Notes under the pieces: generated by a model
Told to the model about the DNA's origin: nothing
Databases searched by the model: none
Seen by the model: the letters and a program-made list of their open reading frames with translations, nothing else
DNA from: Candidatus Bathyarchaeota archaeon
GTDB taxonomy: Archaea; Thermoproteota; Bathyarchaeia; Bathyarchaeales; Bathycorpusculaceae
Reading direction: 5' to 3'
Length of the DNA: 64,000 nt
Assembly: GCA_963768425.1 (NCBI GenBank)
Contig: CAVYHV010000030.1
Location: 64,001-128,000, forward strand
Translations under genes and position numbers: made by a program
Part shown: piece by piece, positions 32,108 through 42,942 of the stretch
Layout of the letters: each line of letters opens with the position of its first letter
How positions within the stretch are numbered: the first letter of the stretch is position 1

Positions 32108-32374
32108 TTAAGTCTCTACTATTTTTATGCCTTCATCAGTAAGCATGTAATATACATGGTCGTCTCTAAGTCTCTTGAAAGTGTTATCGCTCTTCTTAAC
32201 GTAACCTCTGCGCCAGAGTGTTTGTAGAATTTTATGTACTTCTTTGTGTGGCTTGTTCAAATGAGTTTCAATTGTTGTATACGTGCAGCCTCTATAGGGT
32301 GATGAGTTAGCATAGACAGCATGCAGCAACATCAATTCAGCTGTAGTTATTTGCACCTCATCTTCTTCTGTCAT
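32108..32374 (-). CDS. Winged-helix protein
   Basis: VHKILQTLWRRGYV...YMLTDEG. Confidence 0.65.
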   Translation of the reverse strand: MTEEDEVQITTAELMLLHAVYANSSPYRGCTYTTIETHLNKPHKEVHKILQTLWRRGYVKKSDNTFKRLRDDHVYYMLTDEGIKIVET

Positions 32375-32545
32375 GCGTCATCACTGAGTATGTTTCAGCA
32401 ATTGATTCAGATTACTTAAGCTTTATTACCAATTGCAGTACTCCGCAATTTGTCGTACACAAAAACAATTGCAGCAATTGAAGAATGATATTTACCATTG
32501 CAATGCAGAATTAGTATTCCATTAGTCATTTAGGAGTTGATTACA

Positions 32546-32807
32546 ATGAGCAAAGACATGGCGGGTTCTGTCATGGATATGATTAAGACACCCTTAGGGT
32601 TCGCTCTAATGTTGATTATCTTAGTCATACTCGCGGGAATTACAGCTGCAACTGCAATTTCTGGACAATTGACTGCCGCAGCAGTGAGAGTTAGAGTCTT
32701 ACGACTCAACCACAAATGCTGCTGGCTTCATTACAATAATTGTGATTCTCGCTGCAGAGCGTGCAAAAATACTTTGCACGCGCAGATTCAACCTTATTGG
32801 AAAATAA
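32546..32807 (+). CDS. Small two-helix hydrophobic protein, candidate spindle-virus-type capsid protein (frameshift near 32690)
   Basis: LGFALMLIILVILAGITAATAI... then, in the shifted frame, SYDSTTNAAGFITIIVILAA...IGK*; preceded by AGGAG. Confidence 0.35.
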
Positions 32808-33470
32808 GGACGAGATTACAATTGTTAGTAACTTCCTTCTCCTTTCTTAGTCGCCCTTGACTTTTAGATTCTTGACGTGAGAATGTGTGTCGTTTTCTTG
32901 AGCAATTGTCCAGTGGCTCAAGCTTAAGTTCAGAGAACTTTTTGAGTAAATCTCTCTGCGTTTCAGTGCCCATGACGCATGTAGTACATGGTAGATGCTA
33001 GTACCAGTTGTTCTGTGTTAATTAATTGTACATCAGTGTAGACTCAACAACTGTCAGCGCACGCTTGAATGTTGTAAGGCTTCGAAACATGTGGATTAAC
33101 ATGGTTTATGTTTATCAAAATCACATTCTTTAACATTTTCCGTATGTAAAAAACGAAATCTCGCTGTACCTTTCATATGTTAAAATATAATTAGGGTTGT
33201 AGAGCGTCTAAATAGCGGTGTCACTTTGTATACGCATATTTTCGTACACAATTGCTGCGAATCTCAGCTCACTCCTCAATAAGCTCACTCACTCAGTTGC
33301 AGACACAATCACAATTGATGCAGAAGGCACACAGTTGTTCACTCCAATTGAGCAGCATTCCTTTAGTGTTGACAGAAACTCGCTCGAACTCGCAGAACTT
33401 CCCTTCAATTGTAGCCAACCACAGCAATTGTACGTATGCATTAAAGGCTATACTCTATCATCTATCTAAC

Positions 33471-33686
33471 ATGACAGCTATACTATGCAAGGTATGTAGA
33501 GCTACACTACATCTAGCATCAGTAGATGGAGTAGAGTTACATTGGCAGTCAATACGTTGTCCATGCGGAGCACTCTTATCTGTGCATGTGACAATTGATA
33601 CAATGTACGTAACAGTAGTAGACTCAAAGCTAAAGCACAAAACAATTGAGTTCGAGCAATTAGAGTCCGAGCTTCAAGCAGTCTGA
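33471..33686 (+). CDS. Small Cys-rich hypothetical protein
   Basis: CKVC...CPCG. Confidence 0.4.
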   Translation: MTAILCKVCRATLHLASVDGVELHWQSIRCPCGALLSVHVTIDTMYVTVVDSKLKHKTIEFEQLESELQAV

Positions 33687-33705
33687 CATATTGGTGATTT
33701 GAGCG

Positions 33706-34050
33706 CTAAATGCTTCTTGCTTCATGACATGCTTTATGGAAGAGTTTAAGTTTGTGCACAACGAACGTATCTGATTCTACTAGTTCAATCTTGCACTTAT
33801 CGCATGCCATTGGTAAGTTGTTGCGCGCTCTGTAATTTCTAATTGTAACGTAGCGCAAATGCTTAAGGCGTTTGCGCTTAAAGTGTGGATGCAGCTTAGC
33901 ATATTTTCTTCTGCACTCGTGAGAACAAAAATGCCCTTCAGTAATCATCAACAATTTTCCGCACGTCATGCAATTGAAGCGTTCAATTGATTGAGCAATT
34001 TCGAGCTTCTTTGCATCTTCAGCAATTGCATATTCTGGTTCAGCCAACAT
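33706..34050 (-). CDS. Zn-finger hypothetical protein
   Basis: CMTCG..FCSHEC and CDKC..HKAC. Confidence 0.55.
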   Translation of the reverse strand: MLAEPEYAIAEDAKKLEIAQSIERFNCMTCGKLLMITEGHFCSHECRRKYAKLHPHFKRKRLKHLRYVTIRNYRARNNLPMACDKCKIELVESDTFVVHKLKLFHKACHEARSI

Positions 34051-34549
34051 AACTCTAAATTGTTTGTTGCGATTTTAAAGGATTCCATGTTTGCAAATAC
34101 ATGTAATATAGTGATTACGTTATGCAAAAAGTTGCAAGCATGATAAGTCATTTATTCTTTCAAAGCAATTATTCTCTTGTATGTCAACCAGTGTAGAAGT
34201 ATCTAAAGACTACTCTACTCTCCTAAATGGCTGCATACCTGTGACTGTGCTCAATACGACGCAATTCTAGCTCAATTGTTTTAGTAGAGCACAGTTACAG
34301 ATGTGGATAATTATTTAAACCCTGAAGTCCAATAGTATTGTTGAGCTAGATGAGAATGAGTCGTATAGGACTTCAAAATAAATTTTAACTTCTCAGCAGA
34401 AAGAATCAGCGTCTGAGAGAACTTATAGAGTCAATCTGCGGTTCACACGTTCGCCATTCATTAGCCAATGCAACAGTGTCATTCAACTTTTTGTAGAAGC
34501 AAAAACAGCAGAAGATTTTCTGTCAATTGCTAAGAAAACTGCTCTTACA

Positions 34550-34756
34550 GTGCGTTATGAACATGATAGCAACGTCCATATGCTTCACATCTATTTTAGC
34601 AAGCACGACATCAAGTTAGCTTACAGAGCTTTCAACGAAGCAAAACAAGAATACTATCGTCAACATACTCATGAATCGTTTGTGTTCAAAGTCAAGCTGC
34701 ATGAGTATGACGTCACGCTAACAAAACCAATTGCAAAGGGAGACTCAGATGCATAA
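34550..34756 (+). CDS. Hypothetical protein (probably extends upstream)
   Basis: Stop overlaps the start of the next gene (TAATG). Confidence 0.4.
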   Translation: MRYEHDSNVHMLHIYFSKHDIKLAYRAFNEAKQEYYRQHTHESFVFKVKLHEYDVTLTKPIAKGDSDA

Positions 34757-35334
34757 TGTCTGAGCGCCTAACTAATTATGAACGTTGCATTTGCTTAGAA
34801 GATCCGTTAGCAGACGCATACAAAGAATTGCAATTTAGCGTTACTCGCAATCATCAGACAGGTAAAGGTTGTGACTTCTATACTGACAATTCTGAAAATG
34901 AAGCTAAAAATGTCAAAGATTGCATATACGTCAACGACCCAGAGTGGTTTATGTCTCATGTCTGTGACAGATATGCAAAAGCAATGCCATTGATAGGAGT
35001 ACTGGCTAACTCTAGTAGACGTAGAATACTGACTATCTCGTTCAACGATATCACTAACCCAATAGTGCTAGACTACATAGCGTACTTCAACATACACATT
35101 CTAGAGGTAGGAGAACAAGTAGGCAAAGATAAGGCGCAACAACGTAAAGTAAAGAACATATTAAAGCAAAAAATCTTAGCGCTGTATATGCCATTAGAGA
35201 AAAGAGAGAAATGTGGTGTAGCGAATAGTCAAGACGCGTATGAAGAATGGCGTGAGCATCAATTTGGAGACGCATTTGATCATGCTCTATCTATTCAGCG
35301 TGAATATGAACGTGAATTTCTTTATCTATCTTAG
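34756..35334 (+). CDS. Putative PD-(D/E)xK nuclease-fold protein
   Basis: E...GKGCDF.....NEAKN resembles E/D/ExK. Confidence 0.45.
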   Translation: MSERLTNYERCICLEDPLADAYKELQFSVTRNHQTGKGCDFYTDNSENEAKNVKDCIYVNDPEWFMSHVCDRYAKAMPLIGVLANSSRRRILTISFNDITNPIVLDYIAYFNIHILEVGEQVGKDKAQQRKVKNILKQKILALYMPLEKREKCGVANSQDAYEEWREHQFGDAFDHALSIQREYEREFLYLS

Positions 35335-35527
35335 TTTTTCTAGTCTATAGTAGGCAGTGTCGCTGTTCGTCTTTCTGGACGCGCGCACTTTTTTGACAAT
35401 TTTTATTCAGTCTGATAACTCACAGTTTTGCGCGCTTGAGCATGAGCAATCATTCATTCAATAATGTGCATAAGTCTTAAAACTAAAACTTGCTAATCAC
35501 TAAAGAGAAAGTAAGAGTTGACGCCTA

Positions 35528-36013
35528 ATGACTAACTTGGTTAATTTACTTACGCTAGAGAATTTGACTTTACTAATTGCTGTTTGGGGCGCAGTTCTAT
35601 CGACCTATAAAGTTCTTTCTGACCATTCAAAGAATACTCGCAAACTAAAAGTTGAAGTTGCTTATGGTTTTCTAAGTCAAGGGAATACTGTCAGTGCAGC
35701 CACAATTAGTATTACAGCAATAAATACGGGATTTAGAGACATCACCCTAAACTCAATGGGTTTTGTGTTTCCAGACGATAGAAAAAGCATTATGTTAGAG
35801 CCTCAAGGTAACGTAACTTTCCCTCACACGTTGACTGAAGGAAATAACTGCCTTGTTTGGAAGTTTCAAAGACAATTTGCGAGTGAATTAAAGAAGAATG
35901 GATACAGTGGCAAGGTCAACGTCAGAGGATATTTTCAAGATGCAACAGGAAAGATGTTTACAAGCAAACCGATGACTTTTGACATTGAACAAGCTCTATC
36001 TCAAACTGATTGA
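35528..36013 (+). CDS. Hypothetical protein with N-terminal TM
   Basis: TLLIAVWGAVLS followed by a beta-rich domain. Confidence 0.6.
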   Translation: MTNLVNLLTLENLTLLIAVWGAVLSTYKVLSDHSKNTRKLKVEVAYGFLSQGNTVSAATISITAINTGFRDITLNSMGFVFPDDRKSIMLEPQGNVTFPHTLTEGNNCLVWKFQRQFASELKKNGYSGKVNVRGYFQDATGKMFTSKPMTFDIEQALSQTD

Positions 36014-36047
36014 TTAAAAATCTGCAAAACTAACGCGCTACTCGCTA

Positions 36048-36419
36048 TCACTTCTTAACAATCTCTATTGCTACGTTTGGTTGTGTGACATTATAGTAAA
36101 CCGTGTAAGTTGCATTTAGCACAACGTGCGCATTCACTGCTAAGGTTTCATTAGCGAGAAACGTTCTGCCATCTGCAAATGTCATTGATACACCATTGCC
36201 TATGCCATTGGGGTAGCTGCCATTAGCGTAAGAAAATGCTAGATATGAATACGCATTCGCAAGATAACCTGTGTACGTAGCAAAACCATTGTTTTGAGAA
36301 TTTCCATTAGAAAGAAAGTTGTTATTTTGAAGCAACCCAGATGTGTAGACGCTGATTGCAATTGCGATAATGGCTATGGCAACTAATGTGATTACTTTTG
36401 TGGTTCTTTGCACGCGCAT
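36048..36419 (-). CDS. Hypothetical exported protein
   Basis: N-terminal TM, Asn-rich with sequons. Confidence 0.55.
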   Translation of the reverse strand: MRVQRTTKVITLVAIAIIAIAISVYTSGLLQNNNFLSNGNSQNNGFATYTGYLANAYSYLAFSYANGSYPNGIGNGVSMTFADGRTFLANETLAVNAHVVLNATYTVYYNVTQPNVAIEIVKK

Positions 36420-36493
36420 AATGAACTATTATATCTCAAGACTTAAGTTCTTTTCGGTGAGCTAAGTTCTTAATTGCGTGCTATGGTGTTTTG

Positions 36494-36798
36494 AATGAGT
36501 CAAGCTCATAGTCAATCAGGGCTTGAACTGTGAAGATCTCGAAGGTGCTAGACATTCCATCAGTAAAGATTTTGCTGTTTATTTGGGAAAAAGAAGAAGT
36601 AAGGTACACTGACTTAACAAAACTCATTTTCTAGCAGAAGAGCATTATCCAGTAATCTGAAAGAATTGGAGAGAGAAGAACTAGTCAAAAGGAGAATCGT
36701 GACAACCAAGCCAATCCAAGCACATTATTCTCTTACTGAGAAGGGTCAGAAAATTGCAAAAGGCTTTGACAATTTGAGAGTTTTACTTCAGCAATGAT
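36494..36798 (+). pseudogene. HxlR-type winged-helix regulator, frameshifted
   Basis: Read by hand: KILLFIWEKEEVRYTDL / ALSSNLKELEREELVKRRIVTTKPIQAHYSLTEKG. Confidence 0.65.
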
Positions 36799-37054
36799 TT
36801 GAAGACTGAAGATGAGTTAGCATGGCGCAACAAACGCAATGAAAATACGTGATTTTGACATACATAAGTTTACAATAATTAAATACTGAAAAAGCTAAAC
36901 TGTTGATGCGTAAGTGCAATTGTTGGAAATGCTGTAGTCTTCTTGACTCTAACTTCTCTACAGTGTTTTTTGAGTTGCAGCAATTGATGGTTGTTTCTTT
37001 CTTGCGCTGTTGAATTCGACAGTCTTTTATGGCAGAAATTCAGAATAGAATCTT

Positions 37055-37459
37055 ATGAACTTCAATGGAATAATAAGCAATCTTGCTCCCGCAGCAATTA
37101 TACTTGGAATTGTTTTTATTATTCTTGTAGCTTTTGTGAGAAAGCATCAATTCTCTAAAGCAGCAAGAGAAGCAATTGAGTCACAAGTATCTGGATGCTT
37201 AGTGAACGCTATAGTATGGGAAATACTTGCAATTGCAGCAATTTTGTTATCACTTCAAAATGTTAAACTTTCAAATGCGTATTTGCAAGTTGTAGGCGCT
37301 AATAGTGTAAGTGCTGTGCTTTTTCCTTTGTCATTCGTTATTGTGCCAATGACTTTTTCAGTTCATAAGGCATACCCTCGTTATGATTGCAGAATACTTG
37401 CAATAGTAATTTTTATTGTAGCTGCATTTGTTCTTGGACTTTGTTATTATTACTTTTGA
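37055..37459 (+). CDS. Hypothetical 4-TM membrane protein
   Basis: Four hydrophobic helices. Confidence 0.55.
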   Translation: MNFNGIISNLAPAAIILGIVFIILVAFVRKHQFSKAAREAIESQVSGCLVNAIVWEILAIAAILLSLQNVKLSNAYLQVVGANSVSAVLFPLSFVIVPMTFSVHKAYPRYDCRILAIVIFIVAAFVLGLCYYYF

Positions 37460-37639
37460 CAATAGCGTTCTATCTAGTTCATGCTTGTAGCGTCACTCGC
37501 GCAATGCAGCTTTAAAAGATATTTTCAATAGGCAATGAAGCAGATTATTCTATTGTGGAGTTTGCTCTCTTAAACCCCCACGAAAGTAGTGCAGCAAATA
37601 CGGCTGTGAGAGTGGAAGTGATTCCAACCACTCTCACAG

Positions 37640-37825
37640 TTGAGAGGAATAAACATGGAGCTGACATTTCAACAATACTGCGAATTAATTGAGCATCTGA
37701 TTAATGCGCAAAATCGCAAAGAAGCATCCAGAACTACCGTCACAATTGATGCTGAAATTAACTTAGAAATTGACAAGAGAATGAAAGCAATAGGACGAAG
37801 AGTAAAACGCACAGTAAGACTTTGA
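37640..37825 (+). CDS. Small hypothetical protein
   Basis: GAGG before MELTF. Confidence 0.4.
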   Translation: MRGINMELTFQQYCELIEHLINAQNRKEASRTTVTIDAEINLEIDKRMKAIGRRVKRTVRL

Positions 37826-37943
37826 AACATACTGTTGAAGTAGCATTTGTAATACTTGCTAAGTTACAGCAAGAAATGTTAGTCGTTTCTAATACATTTG
37901 ATTGAATGTTTACTTCTGTATGCTAGTATTACAGATTGCACGC

Positions 37944-37981
37944 TCTTTGCAGTCAGGGATACGTATATAATTATTACAGTT
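37944..37981 (+). promoter_or_regulatory. Element A promoter motif, copy 1 (also 40420-40457 and 41210-41236)
   Basis: TCTTTGC-N6-GGAWACGWATATA in three intergenic positions. Confidence 0.65.
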
Positions 37982-38016
37982 CTCTATGTTTATTTACACT
38001 AAGGACGCAAAAACAT

Positions 38017-38529
38017 ATGAATGTAAAAAAACGAATCATACTTACATTTGTTATAATGGTTGCAATTGTAGGAAACTTGCTTGCAGTAAGCATAGTTGCA
38101 AGTGCAATTGGATTGACTGATATTAAACTAACATCACCAGCTATCAGCATCTCTTACCATAGCAACATTTCATATTCTATTCCTAATCAGCCAATGAGCT
38201 TATGGGGGTACATATCAACTCCTGACGCGGGAAACGTATTTCTTGAAGTCACAATGACAATCAAGAACAATGGTTATAGCAGTTTTCCGCAGCCATACCC
38301 AAGTATATTCTACGTTATAGCTAACGGCGTTCACTATTTGTATGATGCTACACACACAGCAGCAATTGGCACCATGGTTGCAGAAAATATGTTTGGAATG
38401 TCTAATGGTGACACATACACTGAAACAGTCGTGTTTCAAGTTCCATCAACAATTGCTTCTTTCACTATGCATTGTCATCAAACAAGCTTTACGCCATTCA
38501 ACATTGTTTTCAATCAAATAAGTGCATAA
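38017..38529 (+). CDS. DUF4352-like exported protein
   Basis: TM, FLEVTMTIKNNG, ETVVFQVP. Confidence 0.55.
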   Translation: MNVKKRIILTFVIMVAIVGNLLAVSIVASAIGLTDIKLTSPAISISYHSNISYSIPNQPMSLWGYISTPDAGNVFLEVTMTIKNNGYSSFPQPYPSIFYVIANGVHYLYDATHTAAIGTMVAENMFGMSNGDTYTETVVFQVPSTIASFTMHCHQTSFTPFNIVFNQISA

Positions 38530-38858
38530 GTAGATAGCACTAAGTTTGCAGCAATTTTGAATAGTTGCAAACATGCTCTTGTTAGTCATTATTTGTTAAA
38601 ATAGCAAGTTTATGAAGTTGTTTTCTCAATTGGTGGCTGCATAAGCCTTGTAGTTTTAAATACGCTATTGATTATATTAAATTTGAGGCAGACGTGCTTG
38701 CGTAAAAAGAAGAATACGCGCAGAAACATTCGCATAAGAGTTGATGACACACACAGCAATGAATATCATCGTCTGTATATGCAACGCTATAATGCTAAGA
38801 TTCGTGGCAAACGCGTCAAACCTCGTGGCAAATATAAAACAAAGAAGAAGGCGTAAAG

Positions 38859-39902
38859 ATGTCTTACAAGAAAAAGAAAACTCGGTTCTTCAAAGACAAC
38901 CAAAAACGAACTCGCATAATACCAGGGTGCGGTGACCAAAGAGCATCATTGTATGTTGATTCAAGCCACAGCGCAGCTTCAACTTTACATGAGCAAAGAC
39001 TTGGTCAGCGCATAAGAGCAGAGCACATTCCATTGCAGAAAGTTAATGCTACTAAAGATGGCGTTGCAGTTGTTGTTCCTGAGCGTGAAGTTGACTTGAA
39101 GCTGATTACTGCTAAGACAGATGACGTCGTTATTCCACTTAATGACCATGAGACGCAAGCACAATTAGATGAGCGTGCTCAAGTGTTTGTGGAAGCATAT
39201 CACAGAGGCGAAGTTATCCCTCCAGTTCTTCTTCACAGATTACCAAATGGCAAATTAGAAGTAGTTGATGGACGCAGTCGTGCGCGTGCATACCAATTGT
39301 TGGGTGTCAAAGAGTACGCAGCAAATGAGAATGGAATATTAGATGCATTTAACAATTCTCGCTTTGGCACAAGTCACAGCGCAAATTCAATTGCAAGCAA
39401 AGCAAGCAAAATAAATGCAGCAGGGCAGAAAGCGCTAAATGTTGGTGCATTCCACGTCGGACGACAACTTGGCAAATCTCAAACAATAGTAAAAGCAAAC
39501 ACTGCAGTACATCATAAAATTGGTGCAATAAAAAGCAAAGTTAACAACAAAATTGATCCGCACACAATTAAAACCAATATAGAAGAGCGAACGAAAGCAG
39601 CAAAAGAGCGCACTCGAATAGCAAATGAAAGAATTGCAAAAGCTGAGAACGCTGAGCAAGACGCAAAACTATTCAATGACTCACGTACAGCTTCTATGAA
39701 TGCAAGAGCAGCAAGTAAGGAGCGACTTGATAATTTAGCTAAAGCACGCAAAGCTAAACTTGACAAAGCAGCTAACAGCGTACACATCTCAGCAAATCCT
39801 GAGTTCACCAAAGCAAAAACGTACGCAGTGAAAGCAAAGAGTTATGCTGATAGTTCTAACTCGAGAAGAGACTCAGCAAGGCAGTCACATAGAAGACGTT
39901 GA
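38859..39902 (+). CDS. ParB/Srx-like domain protein with basic Ala/Lys-rich tail
   Basis: IPPVLL......LEVVDGRSRARAY..LG. Confidence 0.65.
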   Translation: MSYKKKKTRFFKDNQKRTRIIPGCGDQRASLYVDSSHSAASTLHEQRLGQRIRAEHIPLQKVNATKDGVAVVVPEREVDLKLITAKTDDVVIPLNDHETQAQLDERAQVFVEAYHRGEVIPPVLLHRLPNGKLEVVDGRSRARAYQLLGVKEYAANENGILDAFNNSRFGTSHSANSIASKASKINAAGQKALNVGAFHVGRQLGKSQTIVKANTAVHHKIGAIKSKVNNKIDPHTIKTNIEERTKAAKERTRIANERIAKAENAEQDAKLFNDSRTASMNARAASKERLDNLAKARKAKLDKAANSVHISANPEFTKAKTYAVKAKSYADSSNSRRDSARQSHRRR

Positions 39903-39934
39903 CCTTTTCAATGCTCAATGGGAGTGCACTTTAA

Positions 39935-40297
39935 TTGGGCAAAGAAATAAGCAGAACAATAAACTTTTTCAGATATCCCAATCGTCAGCAGCAATTTGAT
40001 TACGTCCAACCTCAGCCAATTGCTCAAAGAGAAACAATTGTACGAAGAGACAGCAGCAACTTGGACATTCACAATGAAAGAATTAGACTGCGTCAACTTA
40101 AAGAGAAAAAGACACATCACATGATAGAAATCTACGCATACTTACGACATCAAGGATTCTCAGCAATTGCATCTACACACAAATTGATTCAACTTTTCAA
40201 AGATACTTCTCTTGCAATTGAAATCTCTAACAAATTTGAAGCTGCAATTAGCAAGATGTCAACGTCAATTGCAGTTGCACAATTGGAGAAGAAATGA
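39935..40297 (+). CDS. Hypothetical protein
   Basis: ORF only. Confidence 0.4.
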   Translation: MGKEISRTINFFRYPNRQQQFDYVQPQPIAQRETIVRRDSSNLDIHNERIRLRQLKEKKTHHMIEIYAYLRHQGFSAIASTHKLIQLFKDTSLAIEISNKFEAAISKMSTSIAVAQLEKK

Positions 40298-40488
40298 CTA
40301 ACATTCCATTCATTTCTACGTTAATGATTTCTACTCTATCTACCCCATTGTAGACTATGCAAATATGTTACTATCACTTGTATGGTCAATTGTTAGATTC
40401 GCATGCTGCAAAGAGCGTGTCTTTGCAACCCTGGATACGTATATATTCATTACAGTTATCTTAAATCTTAAGACAGAAGGACAACAAA

Positions 40489-40920
40489 TTGAAAAAAGAT
40501 GATGGTACAATTGCAGAAGTTGGCAACAATTACATTATGCTAAATGATTCTAGAGATAGCATAATAATTTTCTTTTGCATGACTGGAGTAAGTGCAACTG
40601 TAGATGAAGAAGAATTCAAGAATCTTGCAGACATATTTGCATCTGCGAAGAAGCTTTTAGATGACGACAGAATTTCAGTTGCAAAAATAATTGCGTGCAG
40701 AGAAGAACAAACTGAGCAATGCTTTAGCAATTTGCACTTTGATAAAGGAACATGCAGAGAAACACCGTGTAGTCCAGACATGTTTTGCAAACTCTTTATT
40801 GATGACTGTTCTATGACGTTTGACATAGCATTTGAAGACTTAGACGACATCATCAAGCTGTTTGCAATTGCAATGAAAGCACTCAACAAGAAAGAAGAGT
40901 CAAACATTGCAGTCTCGTGA
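40489..40920 (+). CDS. Acidic hypothetical protein with internal duplication
   Basis: EEFKNLADIFASAKK..L / EDLDDIIKLFAIAMKAL; follows promoter motif copy 2. Confidence 0.5.
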   Translation: MKKDDGTIAEVGNNYIMLNDSRDSIIIFFCMTGVSATVDEEEFKNLADIFASAKKLLDDDRISVAKIIACREEQTEQCFSNLHFDKGTCRETPCSPDMFCKLFIDDCSMTFDIAFEDLDDIIKLFAIAMKALNKKEESNIAVS

Positions 40921-40925
40921 GGTGA

Positions 40926-41189
40926 ATGCAATTGAAAGTAGAAGCATTTTGTAATTACTTGAGAAATAAAATGGCTGCTGACGCTGCAGTGTATGCATTT
41001 ATGAATGGATTGTCTAAAGCAGAAGTTGATGCTGCAATTGCAAGTAAAAGTGATGATGATGTATTAAATGCTTACAGACATTCTAAGTACGATGGACACG
41101 AATACATTAGCAAAAGTGAGCTTGAAACTTTAATTAAGAAGTCAGCAAGCTATGAGCAAATTGAAGACGCTACTGGCAAAATGGTGTAA
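40926..41189 (+). CDS. Hypothetical protein
   Basis: GAGGTGA RBS before ATG. Confidence 0.55.
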   Translation: MQLKVEAFCNYLRNKMAADAAVYAFMNGLSKAEVDAAIASKSDDDVLNAYRHSKYDGHEYISKSELETLIKKSASYEQIEDATGKMV

Positions 41190-41344
41190 TTGCATGACTA
41201 CGTATATGCTCTTTGCGACTACGGAAACGAATATATGGAAAAACTTACTCTATAGCTAATTGCTCACTTCGTCTAACTTTCAAAAAAACTGCTTAGGAAA
41301 TGTTTGTCAATTTCTCCAATTGCAATTGGAGAAGGTGACTGAGA

Positions 41345-41545
41345 CTACATGTCTTCGCATCTTCTACAAAGTCTTAGAGCCATGACGACTCTTACGCCAT
41401 AGTTCGTTATTCCTTTGTAGATAAGTTTAGTTGGCTTTTCAAGTCCGCAATTGTTGCAATGAGTTCCATTGCAATCGTCATACCAACCTGCTAATGCTCC
41501 AGATGGAAGAATGTTTGAACGATTTGACAATTGTTGTTTAGACAT
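41345..41545 (-). CDS. Small Zn-finger protein
   Basis: CNNCG...LCRRC. Confidence 0.45.
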   Translation of the reverse strand: MSKQQLSNRSNILPSGALAGWYDDCNGTHCNNCGLEKPTKLIYKGITNYGVRVVMALRLCRRCEDM

Positions 41546-41940
41546 TTTGATTGCCTTCTTTTTGCTTTGGGAATGTTTGACGTTTTTGAGAATCTTTCAC
41601 CAGAAATTGTTTCGTTTTCTTCTGGGTTACGCCCTACTTCAGGATGTTACTGTAGAAAGAAAAGCCAGTCCTTGTCCTTAGCTTACTGGGGATGGGTGAG
41701 CCAAGATTGTCCAGAGAAGAGGTCTTGGCTTCTGGGTTTGAGGTTTTGAGTTTTTGATTCTTTAGCTTCACCTGTCGGTGTTTGACAAGCATAGATAGAT
41801 CACACGCCTATTGAACAGATGCCATTGAGCGTGTAATATTGACTACTGTAAGACACACATACAGAAGAATTATTGCAATTGTAACATTCACTTACACAAA
41901 ACTTAGAATCTGATAACTCAAAAACCCAATGGAATGTTTG

Positions 41941-42840
41941 TCATTTTCGCTTGCGAAAAAGTTTCTCACCATTAAAGTCTACGACAAACTCAAAACCTGA
42001 CTCAACCAATTTCTGAGCTTCAACAATTGTATGTGCAATTGCAGAAGAATACTCATCACTTTCAAAGTTAATCATTTGAATGTAAATTAGAGTGTTGTTG
42101 ATTGACTTGTGCCCAAGCAGTCTCATGACGTGAAGAATATCTTTCGTCTTATGATACTCAATTGTAGCTCGCCAATGTCTGAGACTGTGATAATGAATTT
42201 GTGCAAGTCTTGGATTACCTAACGCAATTGCTGCTGCACGCTTTTGATGATTGAAGTTGCATATGACTGATTGACCGCTACCCGTACCAAAAACATATTT
42301 GTTATCTTTCTTCAATTGCATCAGCATAGCACACAACTTCTCAGATATTTTGAATTGACGTGCGTTGCTGTGCTTCTCAGGATTATTGAGCAAAACTATT
42401 CTGCTCTCGAAGTCTATGTCAGTCCATTGGAGAGAAAGAGCTTCTCCGATACGCATAGCTGTCTCTTTCAACAATTGCAGAATCGTAGAAGTTTTCTTTC
42501 CACAATACGCAATTAGCTGGTCTATTTCTGATTCTAATGGAATGAATGGAAGCTTATGTGTAGCTCGATACTTAGGTGGATTCCATTCTATGTTATTCAT
42601 TGTTGCGTATTTTCTGTACGCTGCTACAACTGTTACTTTAGTCGCTGAACTCCATGTTGATTGCAATGCAATTGCAGATTTCACTGACTCTCCATCGCAG
42701 AGTTTTGCGCCTGATTTCACTAACATTTCTAAGAACTTAGAGTAGTTAGTTATCGTTCTGCTGCTATACCCATTCCTTTGCAATTGGAGAGAGAACTGCA
42801 ACAGGCTGCTTGTCTGTAGATTTGAGTACGCCTTTTCCAT
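41941..42840 (-). CDS. Tyrosine recombinase/integrase 1
   Basis: MRIGE (R), EKHS (K), HSLRH (HxxR), LGHK (H), TLIY (Y). Confidence 0.95.
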   Translation of the reverse strand: MEKAYSNLQTSSLLQFSLQLQRNGYSSRTITNYSKFLEMLVKSGAKLCDGESVKSAIALQSTWSSATKVTVVAAYRKYATMNNIEWNPPKYRATHKLPFIPLESEIDQLIAYCGKKTSTILQLLKETAMRIGEALSLQWTDIDFESRIVLLNNPEKHSNARQFKISEKLCAMLMQLKKDNKYVFGTGSGQSVICNFNHQKRAAAIALGNPRLAQIHYHSLRHWRATIEYHKTKDILHVMRLLGHKSINNTLIYIQMINFESDEYSSAIAHTIVEAQKLVESGFEFVVDFNGEKLFRKRK

Positions 42841-42942
42841 ACAATTTAATTGAGCATGTATTCCTTTTAAGACGTTCTACTTGTGCATGTGAATCAATTG
42901 CAACAAAATATAAGATAAAATTGGATTGTATGTATTTTAAAT

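Noticed and set aside
32065-32112. Degenerate triple-box region after att site 1
   Set aside because: It resembles the leader before copies 1 and 2 (attg.a.aaagagttca) but the boxes are too decayed to call.
35411-41920. 12-bp repeat tctgataactca at about 35411 and 41909
   Set aside because: Only two short copies in AT-rich DNA, with no supporting structure.
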